From a virus (taxonomy: Duplodnaviria; Caudoviricetes), in the IMG/VR virus record IMGVR_UViG_3300028586_000052, positions 1-35,962 of that record: 35,962 bases of DNA; one strand, given 5' to 3'. The position numbers were made by a program, and so were the translations under genes. Shown in pieces: positions 1-8,079 of this stretch; position 1 is the stretch's first letter; every line of letters starts with the position of its first letter. A model generated the notes under the pieces. The model searched no databases. It worked only from the letters and a program-made list of their open reading frames with translations, and had not been told where the DNA came from.

Positions 1-162
1 ATTCGTCGCCGTTGTCCTCGGCGGCCAGACCTTTCAGCATGAGCACCACCTCGACCATTCCAGGCACCGTTCCAGCCCCCGTTCAGCCATCGCGCCGCCT
101 GTCGGTTGCCCCCATGATGGACTGGACAAACAAGCCAGTATCCATGCGGGTTTCGAAGCGCC

Positions 163-181
163 TCTCCGTAATTTCTCCGTA
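163..181. repeat. Tandem direct repeat TCTCCGTA x2 (11-bp period), candidate integrase arm-type sites near attL
   Basis: TCTCCGTA at 163-170 and 174-181, immediately after the stop of the xis-like gene. Confidence 0.4.
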
Positions 182-186
182 GCTGA

Positions 187-423
187 TCAGGAGCCTGCGC
201 GCTCCGCAGATCCTGCCTTTCCTTGCTCGCGGAGCAGGTCCAGTGCTTCCGCCACGTCGCGGATATCGGCGGTCAGCGGGCTGCCCGACATCGCTACCGG
301 AAACTTGCCGAGGGAGCGGTGGGTGTAGCCGGTTGCCGTCCTCATGCCGAGCGCCTGGCACGTCTCATCGATGTTCAGCCGCGGCTTGTTGTAGATTGCC
401 AGCAGCAGGAATTCAGTTCGCAT
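187..423 (-). CDS. PrtN-like / excisionase-like small DNA-binding protein
   Basis: MRTEFLLLAIY... start and ...DIRDVAEALDLLRE end resemble pyocin activator PrtN/AlpA-type wHTH proteins; last gene of the leftward operon. Confidence 0.65.
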   Translation of the reverse strand: MRTEFLLLAIYNKPRLNIDETCQALGMRTATGYTHRSLGKFPVAMSGSPLTADIRDVAEALDLLREQGKAGSAERAGS

Positions 424-895
424 TTTCGTTGTCCTTCGTGTATTCAGTTCGTTCGATCCCGGTCGGACCTTTACTGAGCGCTACAGCTGGGCGCCGAGCC
501 TTCGGCCGAGCCATCGCGATGTCGACGGCTGCGTCCAAGTCTTCGCCATCGATCAGCGCGACCATCCGGCCGTCGTCGGCCAGGCTGGCCACCATCGGCG
601 CCGCCGTGCACGCCATGCTGTCGGCCTTGTCGCGCAGCCACCGGTACCGCGCGGCGTCGCGCTGCAGGTCGAGCAGCACGCCCATGCTGACGCGCTGGCC
701 ACCCACCACGATCGAATGGCTGCTGGCGCTTTGCTCCTGCTTTGCCGCCTGCGTAGCCGGCAGGATGTAGAGCTTGGCGCCGGCCTGAGGCATATTGCGG
801 CGGTCAAACCATTGCACCGAAGGCTCGCCGTCGACGTAGCCTTCGAATTCGCCCACCGGGGTGATGCTGGCGCTTTTGTCTTGGTTCTGGCTCAT
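413..895 (-). CDS. Phage hypothetical protein (Ead/Ea22-like DAARYRWLRD motif)
   Basis: ATG at 895 overlaps the upstream stop (ATGA); RDAARYRWLRD and LDAAVD segments are typical of lambdoid accessory early proteins. Confidence 0.7.
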   Translation of the reverse strand: MSQNQDKSASITPVGEFEGYVDGEPSVQWFDRRNMPQAGAKLYILPATQAAKQEQSASSHSIVVGGQRVSMGVLLDLQRDAARYRWLRDKADSMACTAAPMVASLADDGRMVALIDGEDLDAAVDIAMARPKARRPAVALSKGPTGIERTEYTKDNENAN

Positions 896-1098
896 TCCAA
901 TTCCTTCTGCGCCCGCTTCGCGCGGCGCTCCATAAAATTCGACAGCAGGATCAGGCCCGGGCCTGCGGCGAACGCCAGGCCGATGAAGCTGGCTTCGCCA
1001 AACCACATCACGATCAAGCCGATGACGATGCTGGCCAAGCAACCCATGGATACGCCTTGCCCCACGGCTCGCAAGGTCCGGTAGTCGGGCGCCTTCAT
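892..1098 (-). CDS. Small two-TM membrane protein (68 aa)
   Basis: MKAPDYRTLRAV...; two hydrophobic stretches; ATGA-coupled on both sides. Confidence 0.7.
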   Translation of the reverse strand: MKAPDYRTLRAVGQGVSMGCLASIVIGLIVMWFGEASFIGLAFAAGPGLILLSNFMERRAKRAQKELE

Positions 1099-1301
1099 GT
1101 CGCCGCTCGATCGCTTAACACCTGCTGCAGCACGCGCTGCGCGCCCAGGCACAACCGGAACAGCTCGACGCTGCTCTCGCTGGCGCTGGCCTCGCCGATG
1201 TCGCGCAGCAGCTGGGCCACGTTCACCCCATCCACCAGCGGTGGCTGGCCACCGTCCGGCGCAGTGCCGAGGATCTGTAGGTTTTGGCCGTGGTTACTCA
1301 T
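1095..1301 (-). CDS. Phage hypothetical protein
   Basis: 68-aa ORF, GGAGG RBS, overlapping its neighbours in the operon. Confidence 0.65.
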   Translation of the reverse strand: MSNHGQNLQILGTAPDGGQPPLVDGVNVAQLLRDIGEASASESSVELFRLCLGAQRVLQQVLSDRAAT

Positions 1302-2316
1302 CGGTGCCTCCTTTGTGCGCGTGATACGGCTCCGGCGCGCCGATCAGATTCAAGACGATGGAGCCAGAGTGCGAACGGTCCATGCCGTCGTTGCTGGTGA
1401 GGTAGCGGTAGACTTCGGCCGCTTCGTCCGCATCCCGTGGCGGGATCCGCGACAGCAGCCGGAACACGTAGTCCTGTCGGGCGTTCACCGGGATGGTGCT
1501 GTCGAGGCAGTCGCGATCGACCGCTCGGCGCAGCCAGTACAGGTCGCTCCAGAACGTCAGCTCGAGTACGCACTGCATCAGCGTGCCAGGCCGCTGCTCG
1601 AGCATTGCGTCGAAGCGCGCGTCTACCTTCTCGGCGTCCAGCTCATGCCACGGTTTCACGGTCTCTAGGCCGGCCAGGGCTTGCTCGCAGAATTGCTCCG
1701 CTGGCGTGTCGTCGAAGATCGCGTCGCCAAAGCGGGCTTGAGCTTCGCGTCGGAGCTTGTCCTGCGCAATGGCCGTCATCGCCAAGGCGTCTAGATCCGC
1801 GAAGCCAATCGATGCCATCACCGCGGCGAAGTTCCCAGGCTTCGTACGCGCCAGGTGGGCGGTGTAGCGCTGCTCCAGCTCTTTGAGCGGCGTCTTGATC
1901 TTGACTGCGGCCAGGCCGGCCTTTTCGATCAGATCGGCCTGGCCTGTGCTGATCACTTCGCGCAGCCACAGGACGGCGTCGACCTCGATGTCGCCGGTTA
2001 CGACCTTCTGCGCTGGCATCGTCGGTACCGCGACCGCCGTCTCGTCGCTGGCTTGGATGGGCGGCAGCCAGAACAGGGCGCTGTGCGCTGCGTTCTCGCG
2101 CGGCGCCGCGGCGACCAGGATGCCTTGCTCGACATCGACAAGGCACAGCGCCAACGACAGTCCGCGGATGATGGCGTCATCAATGGTCGAGGGTTCGGAA
2201 GTCACCTTCAACGGGGCTACGGCTCCGCCCATGCGCAGCTTCGCCGAGATCCGTTCCAGCGCCGCGCAGGCGGTGGGCATAGCTTGGCCGAAAGCCGCTG
2301 TCTTTTGAACGCTCAT
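1294..2316 (-). CDS. Phage hypothetical protein (340 aa)
   Basis: Long ORF with phage-like codon usage, ATGA-coupled to the upstream gene. Confidence 0.8.
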   Translation of the reverse strand: MSVQKTAAFGQAMPTACAALERISAKLRMGGAVAPLKVTSEPSTIDDAIIRGLSLALCLVDVEQGILVAAAPRENAAHSALFWLPPIQASDETAVAVPTMPAQKVVTGDIEVDAVLWLREVISTGQADLIEKAGLAAVKIKTPLKELEQRYTAHLARTKPGNFAAVMASIGFADLDALAMTAIAQDKLRREAQARFGDAIFDDTPAEQFCEQALAGLETVKPWHELDAEKVDARFDAMLEQRPGTLMQCVLELTFWSDLYWLRRAVDRDCLDSTIPVNARQDYVFRLLSRIPPRDADEAAEVYRYLTSNDGMDRSHSGSIVLNLIGAPEPYHAHKGGTDE

Positions 2317-3026
2317 GCTGCACCTGCCATTTCGCGTTGCGCCGGCGCCAGTTCGAAATGCTTGGCCAGGCCGGCCAGCAGCAAGGCCTGGTCAGAATCG
2401 CTGAACTGAGCGAAGCGCCACAGCGCTTCTTCCAGCATCATCCCGCAGCGGCCGGCATGCGATTTCACTGCAATACCGGTGAACGTGGTGACCCCGAGGT
2501 TGTGGTGCAGTAGCACAAGCGAGCCTTCGTGGCGCGGATCGCCAGCACCGTTGCCACGCCGCTGCCGCTTGATGTGGATGTCAGCCTGCCAGCCGTCGTG
2601 TGCCGTGTACTCTTCGGCCGCTTCGCTCGCCTCGCTGTGCGTGACGCCAGCCAGTAGAACGCGACCAGCGCCGTTGCAGACATTCCAAGTGCACATGTTG
2701 TCGAGGTCGGCACCCATTAGCGCATAGGCACTCAAGCCATAGTGCAGGGCGGCGGACGCGAGCAACTGTACCTGGTCACGGCCTTCCATAAAGCAGTCAA
2801 TTTTGTTTAGGCACCACTCGACCGAGCTGGTCGTGTATTCGTTGCCGACGGCATCGCGGAAATTGATGTCCGGCTCACCGCGGTTACCAAGGCCTAAGTC
2901 TCCACCGGTGTAGCGAAGTGGAAGTTGAAGAACTGCCGAGTTGAGACGTACTGGCGCGAGGTGCGCAATTTCGGCAGTATTGATTGCCGTGGAGGAAATA
3001 CCTGTGTTAACATTATGATTCGCCAT
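2313..3026 (-). CDS. Phage hypothetical protein, first gene of the PL operon
   Basis: ATG at 3026 (MANHNVNT...) preceded by a GGAGA RBS, downstream of the PL promoter. Confidence 0.75.
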   Translation of the reverse strand: MANHNVNTGISSTAINTAEIAHLAPVRLNSAVLQLPLRYTGGDLGLGNRGEPDINFRDAVGNEYTTSSVEWCLNKIDCFMEGRDQVQLLASAALHYGLSAYALMGADLDNMCTWNVCNGAGRVLLAGVTHSEASEAAEEYTAHDGWQADIHIKRQRRGNGAGDPRHEGSLVLLHHNLGVTTFTGIAVKSHAGRCGMMLEEALWRFAQFSDSDQALLLAGLAKHFELAPAQREMAGAA

Positions 3027-3159
3027 TGTCTTTCTCCAAAAGTGCGGGGCGTAAGGGGCCATCCACCGTTTGCCGACGCTGGGTGGCCTTGTTGTTTTCG
3101 GGCTATGCGTTGCGGCTTCGATACCGTTATTGGTTCGATGAGCTCGCTTCGTGAGAAGA

Positions 3160-3188
3160 ACTATACGGTTGCGTATCGGAAGTGTCAA
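3160..3188 (-). promoter_or_regulatory. PL-like leftward sigma70 promoter
   Basis: TTGACA (3188-3183), 17 nt, TATAGT (3165-3160) on the minus strand, overlapped by operators. Confidence 0.8.
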
Positions 3189-3233
3189 TGCGAAAACGCA
3201 TCAAACCCGTTTTTTTTTGATACGCTTGCTCAT
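3163..3233. promoter_or_regulatory. OL operators, 14-bp ATRCG-N4-CGYAT
   Basis: ATACGGTTGCGTAT 3163-3176, ATGCGAAAACGCAT 3188-3201, degenerate ATACGCTTGCTCAT 3220-3233; same motif recurs between cI and cro. Confidence 0.75.
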
Positions 3234-3251
3234 CGCGGAATGTTCCGCGCG

Positions 3252-3277
3252 AAAAAAAGCCCCGGCTGGCGGGGCTT
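3252..3277 (-). terminator. Intrinsic terminator of the cI/accessory transcript
   Basis: Stem AAGCCCCG/CGGGGCTT with a U-tract on the minus strand. Confidence 0.8.
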
Positions 3278-3301
3278 GCGGCAGAGCGTTGAGAGGATTC
3301 T

Positions 3302-3802
3302 TTAATGAATTATTCGCAACGGAACCCATCGGTACTTAGGTCCGGATTCCTTCGGTTTGCTACCGAGCGCTTTGCAAGCACGCTGGTAGCATTCTTCCAG
3401 GAGGGCTGGATGTGCAGCTGGCTCACCTGCCTCCAGTTCATTGCATCGTGCGCTCCATTTAGCAATATCGGATTCGTCAAACAATCGCTCACCGCGTAAT
3501 TCGATTTCTTTTTCGATCAATGCCCATTCCGCATTTCTCTTTGCGCTATCGCGTGCTTTTGCTCCAAATCCGAACACAAGGGACGCTGCGCTACTTGCCG
3601 TGATTATCGCCGCGCACCACTGAACAATAATGGGGTCGGAAATTTTCCCGAACGCTACCGAGCCGAGAAGAATCGAAATTATTTTAACGATTCCGTCGCG
3701 CCACTCGAATATTCTCTGACGTTCTTGGTAGTACATGCGGTTCATCAGAGCGCGAAGCTGCACATCGCACCGTTTGCCCCAGAGATATTCGAAATCAGTC
3801 AT
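3302..3802 (-). CDS. SLATT-like two-TM membrane protein (candidate exclusion/defence effector)
   Basis: N-terminal helix, two TM segments (IVKIISILLGSVAF; WCAAIITASSAASLVFGF), then a helical C-terminus (KARDSAKR...EKEIE); lower GC; lambda rex position. Confidence 0.6.
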   Translation of the reverse strand: MTDFEYLWGKRCDVQLRALMNRMYYQERQRIFEWRDGIVKIISILLGSVAFGKISDPIIVQWCAAIITASSAASLVFGFGAKARDSAKRNAEWALIEKEIELRGERLFDESDIAKWSARCNELEAGEPAAHPALLEECYQRACKALGSKPKESGPKYRWVPLRIIH

Positions 3803-3804
3803 GG

Positions 3805-3924
3805 CTATTTTCTGTCAGGTGGCGGTGGAGGTGGTCGATGTTCAGCTGGACGTGGAGCATGATTTCGTTCCTCGCGCTGTGGCTCTGGAGGCCGCTCGTA
3901 CGGCCGAGTCGCTTGGTTCAACAT
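3805..3924 (-). CDS. 39-aa proline-rich micropeptide (not in ORF track)
   Basis: MLNQATRPYERPPEPQREERNHAPRPAEHRPPPPPPDRK*; GAAAGG upstream; stop 2 nt before the SLATT-like ATG. Confidence 0.55.
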   Translation of the reverse strand: MLNQATRPYERPPEPQREERNHAPRPAEHRPPPPPPDRK

Positions 3925-3975
3925 AATTCTATACCTTTCTCAACAATTCTCGGCATCTAAGCGTGCCTCGTCGCT

Positions 3976-4425
3976 TTACAATCTTCCTGTCACCAACCGC
4001 CCAGGTTGATACACCACGCGGCCCACGATGCTGAGCTGACCGCTTCGAGTGTTGATGGGCTTGAAGTCCGGATTCGTATAGCTCAGGTACCACTGGCCGC
4101 CGCGCTCCACCAGCTGCTGCACGCAGGCCTCACCATTCCAGCTCACAGCGAAGACGTCTCGGCTGCGGCGCTTCGTGTCGCTGGTGTCGATCACGACCCA
4201 GTCGTCTTCGAATAGCATCGGCTCCATCCCCATATCGCGCACCCGAAGTGCGAGAAGCTGCCGCGGGTCGACCTTGAGCGCACACACCGCTGCCGTGGGG
4301 ACCAGAAGCGGCTCGACGACCGTCATGTCGGGCACCGTGTAGTAGCTGTCGGCGCCGGCGCGAAGCTGCAGCATTACCCGCCGAATGGCGGTAAAGGCAA
4401 TGGCGCCTTGGTCGACCGTATCCAT
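3976..4425 (-). CDS. S24 (LexA/CI C-terminal)-like protein, no HTH, catalytic residues substituted
   Basis: LALRVRDMGMEP...DDWVVID...NGEACVQQL...NP...IVGRVV matches the S24 pattern with Ser->Gly and Lys->Gln. Confidence 0.8.
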   Translation of the reverse strand: MDTVDQGAIAFTAIRRVMLQLRAGADSYYTVPDMTVVEPLLVPTAAVCALKVDPRQLLALRVRDMGMEPMLFEDDWVVIDTSDTKRRSRDVFAVSWNGEACVQQLVERGGQWYLSYTNPDFKPINTRSGQLSIVGRVVYQPGRLVTGRL

Positions 4426-5150
4426 CGGTTAGTTGCGCCAAGTTTCTTCTTGAACTCGGTCACTACGCCGATCACTATCAGATGCTCGGTATCGCTGCGG
4501 AGTGTTGGATAATCGTCATTGAGCGGAACCAGCTCGAAGATCATTTCGCCGTTGCTATCGATTCCGCGCGGACGGTATTTTTTGAAGGTGGCCTGGTCGC
4601 TGCCATTTCGGGCCACGACGAAATCGCCAGGATTGGGCGCCAGGTCGGGGTCCACGATGATCCGATCGCCTGGCTGGAACATCGGCATCATCGACTGCCC
4701 CTCAACATCGAGACCGAATGCCCAGCGGGACAGCTTTTCGTCATCGGTATACTCGATTGCATAACCAGAGCCAACCGGATAGGGTGTCTCCATGTCGCGC
4801 AGCGCACCTGCCTGGACGGACGAGATAACCGGAATCGGACGAAGGGCGGGATTCGCCAGTCGAACGTTCTCGTCAAACTCCAGTTTCTTTCTTCGCACAT
4901 CATCGTTCGATGACAGGGCCACTCCTTCGGCGGCTAAATCTCGGTCGCGCAGTTCCGCGACGGAAATGCCGAAATAGTCGGACAGGGGTTGAAGAGTCGT
5001 CGTGCGAGGATCCGTACTCTCACCCGTCAATATCCGGTGGATTGTTGGCTGTGGCACGCGCGTCGCGCGACTCAGCTCATGCGCGTTAGTTCCCCGCTGC
5101 TTCATGAGCCATTCGAGGTTGTTCTTGACGAGTAGTCGGGCGGGTTTCAT
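4374..5150 (-). CDS. cI: CI-like repressor (HTH + S24 autopeptidase)
   Basis: HTH (AHELSRATRVPQPTIHRILTG), VQAG cleavage site, GQSMMP Ser, ATFKKY Lys; divergent from cro; start probably ATG 5150. Confidence 0.92.
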   Translation of the reverse strand: MKPARLLVKNNLEWLMKQRGTNAHELSRATRVPQPTIHRILTGESTDPRTTTLQPLSDYFGISVAELRDRDLAAEGVALSSNDDVRRKKLEFDENVRLANPALRPIPVISSVQAGALRDMETPYPVGSGYAIEYTDDEKLSRWAFGLDVEGQSMMPMFQPGDRIIVDPDLAPNPGDFVVARNGSDQATFKKYRPRGIDSNGEMIFELVPLNDDYPTLRSDTEHLIVIGVVTEFKKKLGATNRWIRSTKAPLPLPPFGG

Positions 5151-5185
5151 TCCCACAATATACGACAGCGCATCAATACTGGCAA
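5151..5185 (-). promoter_or_regulatory. PRM-like promoter giving a leaderless cI mRNA
   Basis: TTGCCA (5185-5180), 17 nt, TATATT (5162-5157), 6 nt, ATG 5150. Confidence 0.6.
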
Positions 5186-5226
5186 CAATTATGCGAAAAC
5201 ACATTGCATCCGATGCGTTTTCGTAT
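5160..5226. promoter_or_regulatory. OR operators (three 14-bp sites)
   Basis: ATACGACAGCGCAT 5160-5173, ATGCGAAAACACAT 5191-5204, ATGCGTTTTCGTAT 5213-5226. Confidence 0.78.
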
Positions 5227-5231
5227 AGAAT
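5204..5231 (+). promoter_or_regulatory. PR-like promoter
   Basis: TTGCAT, 16 nt, TAGAAT with an operator in the spacer, upstream of cro. Confidence 0.55.
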
Positions 5232-5263
5232 TGAGCCATCTGAAATAACCCGGTATTCGCATC

Positions 5264-5470
5264 ATGACGCTTCGCACAGCCCAAGAGTCCGTACAGGCCC
5301 TGGTCGCAGCAGGGTTCTCTCAATCTGCAATTGCTGAGCGCGCCAACGTCAAGCAGCCGACTATCAGTCGCATCTTGTCAGGCGAACATAAAGATCCCAA
5401 GAGCTCTGTGCTGATCAATCTCAACGCCTTCGTTGAGGAAGTGAACGCCCGAACTATCGCACCGTCCTGA
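5264..5470 (+). CDS. cro: Cro-like HTH repressor
   Basis: SQSAIAERANVKQPTISRILSG HTH; recognition helix nearly identical to CI (QPTIHRIL). Confidence 0.88.
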   Translation: MTLRTAQESVQALVAAGFSQSAIAERANVKQPTISRILSGEHKDPKSSVLINLNAFVEEVNARTIAPS

Positions 5471-5562
5471 CACCATAGGCCTAATTACTTTACCGCACCA
5501 CCAGCGCCGATCGGCTACGTCCCGGCGCAGGGCCTCTTTACGCCCAAATTTTGGAGAGCAGC

Positions 5563-5670
5563 ATGAAATCCATCCTGAAACGCATCGTCATGACCCTGCA
5601 CAGCTGCGAGCTGATCAGCGACGAGGCCGTCATCCGCGCGTTCAAGCGCTTCAATCTCTGGGGTGCGTGA
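5563..5670 (+). CDS. 35-aa hypothetical peptide (not in ORF track)
   Basis: GGAGAG RBS; MKSILKRIVMTLHSCELISDEAVIRAFKRFNLWGA*; ends 1 nt before the next ATG. Confidence 0.6.
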   Translation: MKSILKRIVMTLHSCELISDEAVIRAFKRFNLWGA

Positions 5671-5671
5671 G

Positions 5672-6574
5672 ATGGGCGCCCTCATCAAATACGACCAGGC
5701 GCGCCAAGCGCTTGCCGCCTGCCGCAACGTCGACGAGATCAAAGACATCCGCGACAAGTCTGAGGCGATGCGCCTATACGCCAAGCAAGCACAAGACACC
5801 GAGCTCGAGCAGTGGGCTGCCGAGATCAAGTTCCGGGCGCAGCGCGCGATCGGCGAACTCAGCTCCGCGCTTGAAACGCAGAAGGGTGGTTTCGGCATAG
5901 TTCCCACCGGTGGGAAGCATAAGGCCGAAGTGCTCGCGGACGCCGGGATCTCGACGTCGACGGCGAACCGTTACGAGAAGCTGGCCGCGATTCCTGAGCT
6001 GGTCATCGAGGAGATCATCGCCAAGAGCAAAGAGATCGGCAAGCCTGTCTCAGCCAAGGCAGTGATTGCCCAGGTAGCGCCGAAAACCGCGCCACCCTGC
6101 ACACCACCGAAGCCGGCGCCAGTCGCGGCGCCCGACGCACCGCGCGTTCCGTCTCTCGTCCAGCAGGTGATCGACCAGCAGGGCGATGCAGCTGCGGGCG
6201 AGGAGCCGGAACAGGGTGCTCACGATTCCGACGTCGAGCCGGATCCGTTCGACCAGCTGCTGGCCGATTTCCGCGCGCTCGAGCTGGAGCGCGACGAGTT
6301 ACAGGCGAAGAACGCCGCGCTCGAGCATCACGTCGCTCTGTTGACTAAGGACGATCTGGCCGCCGAGATCGACGGCTTGGTCAAGCGCGCTGATGCAGCG
6401 GAGCTGAAGTTTGAGCAGCTCTCCGGCCGCAATCGCCAACTGCAGCAGACCGCGCGCGAGGCGCAGTTGGCTCAGAAATCGCATGCCGATCTGCTGGCGA
6501 AAGTTCGTGCGGCACTGGGAGTAGAGTCGAGCGGTGAGATCCTGTCCGCCATCACCGCGCGGAGGGCTGCATGA
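5672..6574 (+). CDS. Phage protein: helical/HTH-like N-terminus, Pro/Ala linker, coiled-coil C-terminus
   Basis: ATG 5672 (MGALIKYDQARQ...); LADAGISTSTANRYEKLA is HTH-like; heptad-rich C-terminus. Confidence 0.75.
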   Translation: MGALIKYDQARQALAACRNVDEIKDIRDKSEAMRLYAKQAQDTELEQWAAEIKFRAQRAIGELSSALETQKGGFGIVPTGGKHKAEVLADAGISTSTANRYEKLAAIPELVIEEIIAKSKEIGKPVSAKAVIAQVAPKTAPPCTPPKPAPVAAPDAPRVPSLVQQVIDQQGDAAAGEEPEQGAHDSDVEPDPFDQLLADFRALELERDELQAKNAALEHHVALLTKDDLAAEIDGLVKRADAAELKFEQLSGRNRQLQQTAREAQLAQKSHADLLAKVRAALGVESSGEILSAITARRAA

Positions 6575-8079
6575 GCGAGCAGCTGAACCTGCGCCCATAC
6601 CAGGTCGACAGCGTCGAAGGCCTGCGCGCTCTGATCCGCGAGGGAAAGCGCAACATCATCCTGTCGGTGCCCACCGGCGGCGGCAAGACGGTGATCGCAT
6701 CGCACCTGATCGCCGAGTGCTATGGCAAGGCCGGCAAGCGCGCCGTGTTCGTCGCCGACCGCATCGCCCTGATCGACCAGACCAGCACGACGTTCGACCG
6801 CTTCGGCATCCCCCACGGCATCATTCAGGGCGACAACCCGCGCTTCGCGCCGTGGGAGCGCATCCAGGTGGCCAGCGCGCAGACGCTTGCCAAGCGGGGC
6901 TGGCCCGAGGCTGACCTGATCATCGTCGATGAATGTCACGCGCTCCAGAAGACGGTTGCCGACCGCATAGCCGGCCGCGACACGATCGTCATCGGCCTGA
7001 CCGCCACGCCGATGACCCGCGGCCTGGGCAGGCTGTATGACGGCATCGTCACGACGATCACCACCAACGAGCTGATCGAGGGTCCGATGCTTGAGGACGG
7101 CACGCGCGACAAGCCGTATCTGGTCCCGTTCCGCGTGTATGCCGCCAGCCAGCCGGATATGACTGGCGCCAAGGTCACCGCCGGCGAGTGGACCGACAAA
7201 GAGGCAGCCGAGCGTTCGATGCCCATCATCGGCGACTGCGTCGAGGAATACCTCCGCCACGCCGCCGGAAAAAAGTTCATCGCCTTTGGTTGCAACGTCG
7301 AGCATTGCGAAGAGATGCAGCGCCAGTTCACCGCCGCTGGCGTGAATTGTGAGCTGTACACCTACCGCACCGACGACGACGCGCGCAGCGCGCTGGTGGA
7401 AGAGTTCCGCAAGCCGGACAGTACCGTGCGCGGCCTGATCAGCGTGAGTGCCCTGAGCAAGGGCTTCGACGTGTCCGATGTCGAGGTCGTCATCATGGCG
7501 CGCCCGCTCAAGTCCAGTCTGGCGGAACACATCCAGATCCTGGGCCGTGGCCTGCGGATCCACCCCGGTAAGACGGAGTGCATCGTGCTGGATCACAGCG
7601 GCAACTGCGTCCGCTTCTGGGGCGACATGCACGCTTTCCTGGAGAAGGGCGTCAGCGAACTGGACGACGGCAAGAAGAAGCCGCGCGCCAAGGTGATCGA
7701 GCGCGAGAAGAAAGCAATGACATGCTCGAGCTGCTCGCACGTCCACATGCCGATGCCGGCATGCCCATCCTGTGGCCATGTCTACAAGAAGAAGCAGGGC
7801 ATCGAGCATGTGCCTGGTTCGCTCAGCGAGGTCGCAGGCAAAAAGGCCTCGGGCCCGACCAAGCAGGACAAGCGCGATTTCTACGCGCAGCTGAACTACA
7901 TCGCCGCAGAGAAGGGCCGCAAGCAGGGCTGGGTCGCGAACAAGTACAAGGAGAAGTTCGGCGACTGGCCCGACTACAACGAGGTCCCGCGCTACATCAC
8001 GCCGATGCAGCCGTCCGCCGCGGTGCTGAACTGGGTGAAGGCGCGCGACATCGCGTTCGCGAAGGCTAAACGCGCATGA
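6571..8079 (+). CDS. SF2 DEAD/DEAH-box helicase (RadD/YejH-like) with C-terminal zinc ribbon
   Basis: LRPYQ, PTGGGKT, IVDECH, GLTATP, QILGRGLR, CSSC...CPSCG. Confidence 0.93.
   Translation: MSEQLNLRPYQVDSVEGLRALIREGKRNIILSVPTGGGKTVIASHLIAECYGKAGKRAVFVADRIALIDQTSTTFDRFGIPHGIIQGDNPRFAPWERIQVASAQTLAKRGWPEADLIIVDECHALQKTVADRIAGRDTIVIGLTATPMTRGLGRLYDGIVTTITTNELIEGPMLEDGTRDKPYLVPFRVYAASQPDMTGAKVTAGEWTDKEAAERSMPIIGDCVEEYLRHAAGKKFIAFGCNVEHCEEMQRQFTAAGVNCELYTYRTDDDARSALVEEFRKPDSTVRGLISVSALSKGFDVSDVEVVIMARPLKSSLAEHIQILGRGLRIHPGKTECIVLDHSGNCVRFWGDMHAFLEKGVSELDDGKKKPRAKVIEREKKAMTCSSCSHVHMPMPACPSCGHVYKKKQGIEHVPGSLSEVAGKKASGPTKQDKRDFYAQLNYIAAEKGRKQGWVANKYKEKFGDWPDYNEVPRYITPMQPSAAVLNWVKARDIAFAKAKRA

Noticed and set aside
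1-130. Possible integrase or tRNA end at the window start
   Set aside because: No recognisable integrase N-terminus or tRNA 3' end; too little sequence to call.
6472-7809. Long antisense ORFs (also 10009-11112, 25593-26990, 20058-20858)
   Set aside because: Shadow ORFs of GC-rich genes with clear motifs on the opposite strand.
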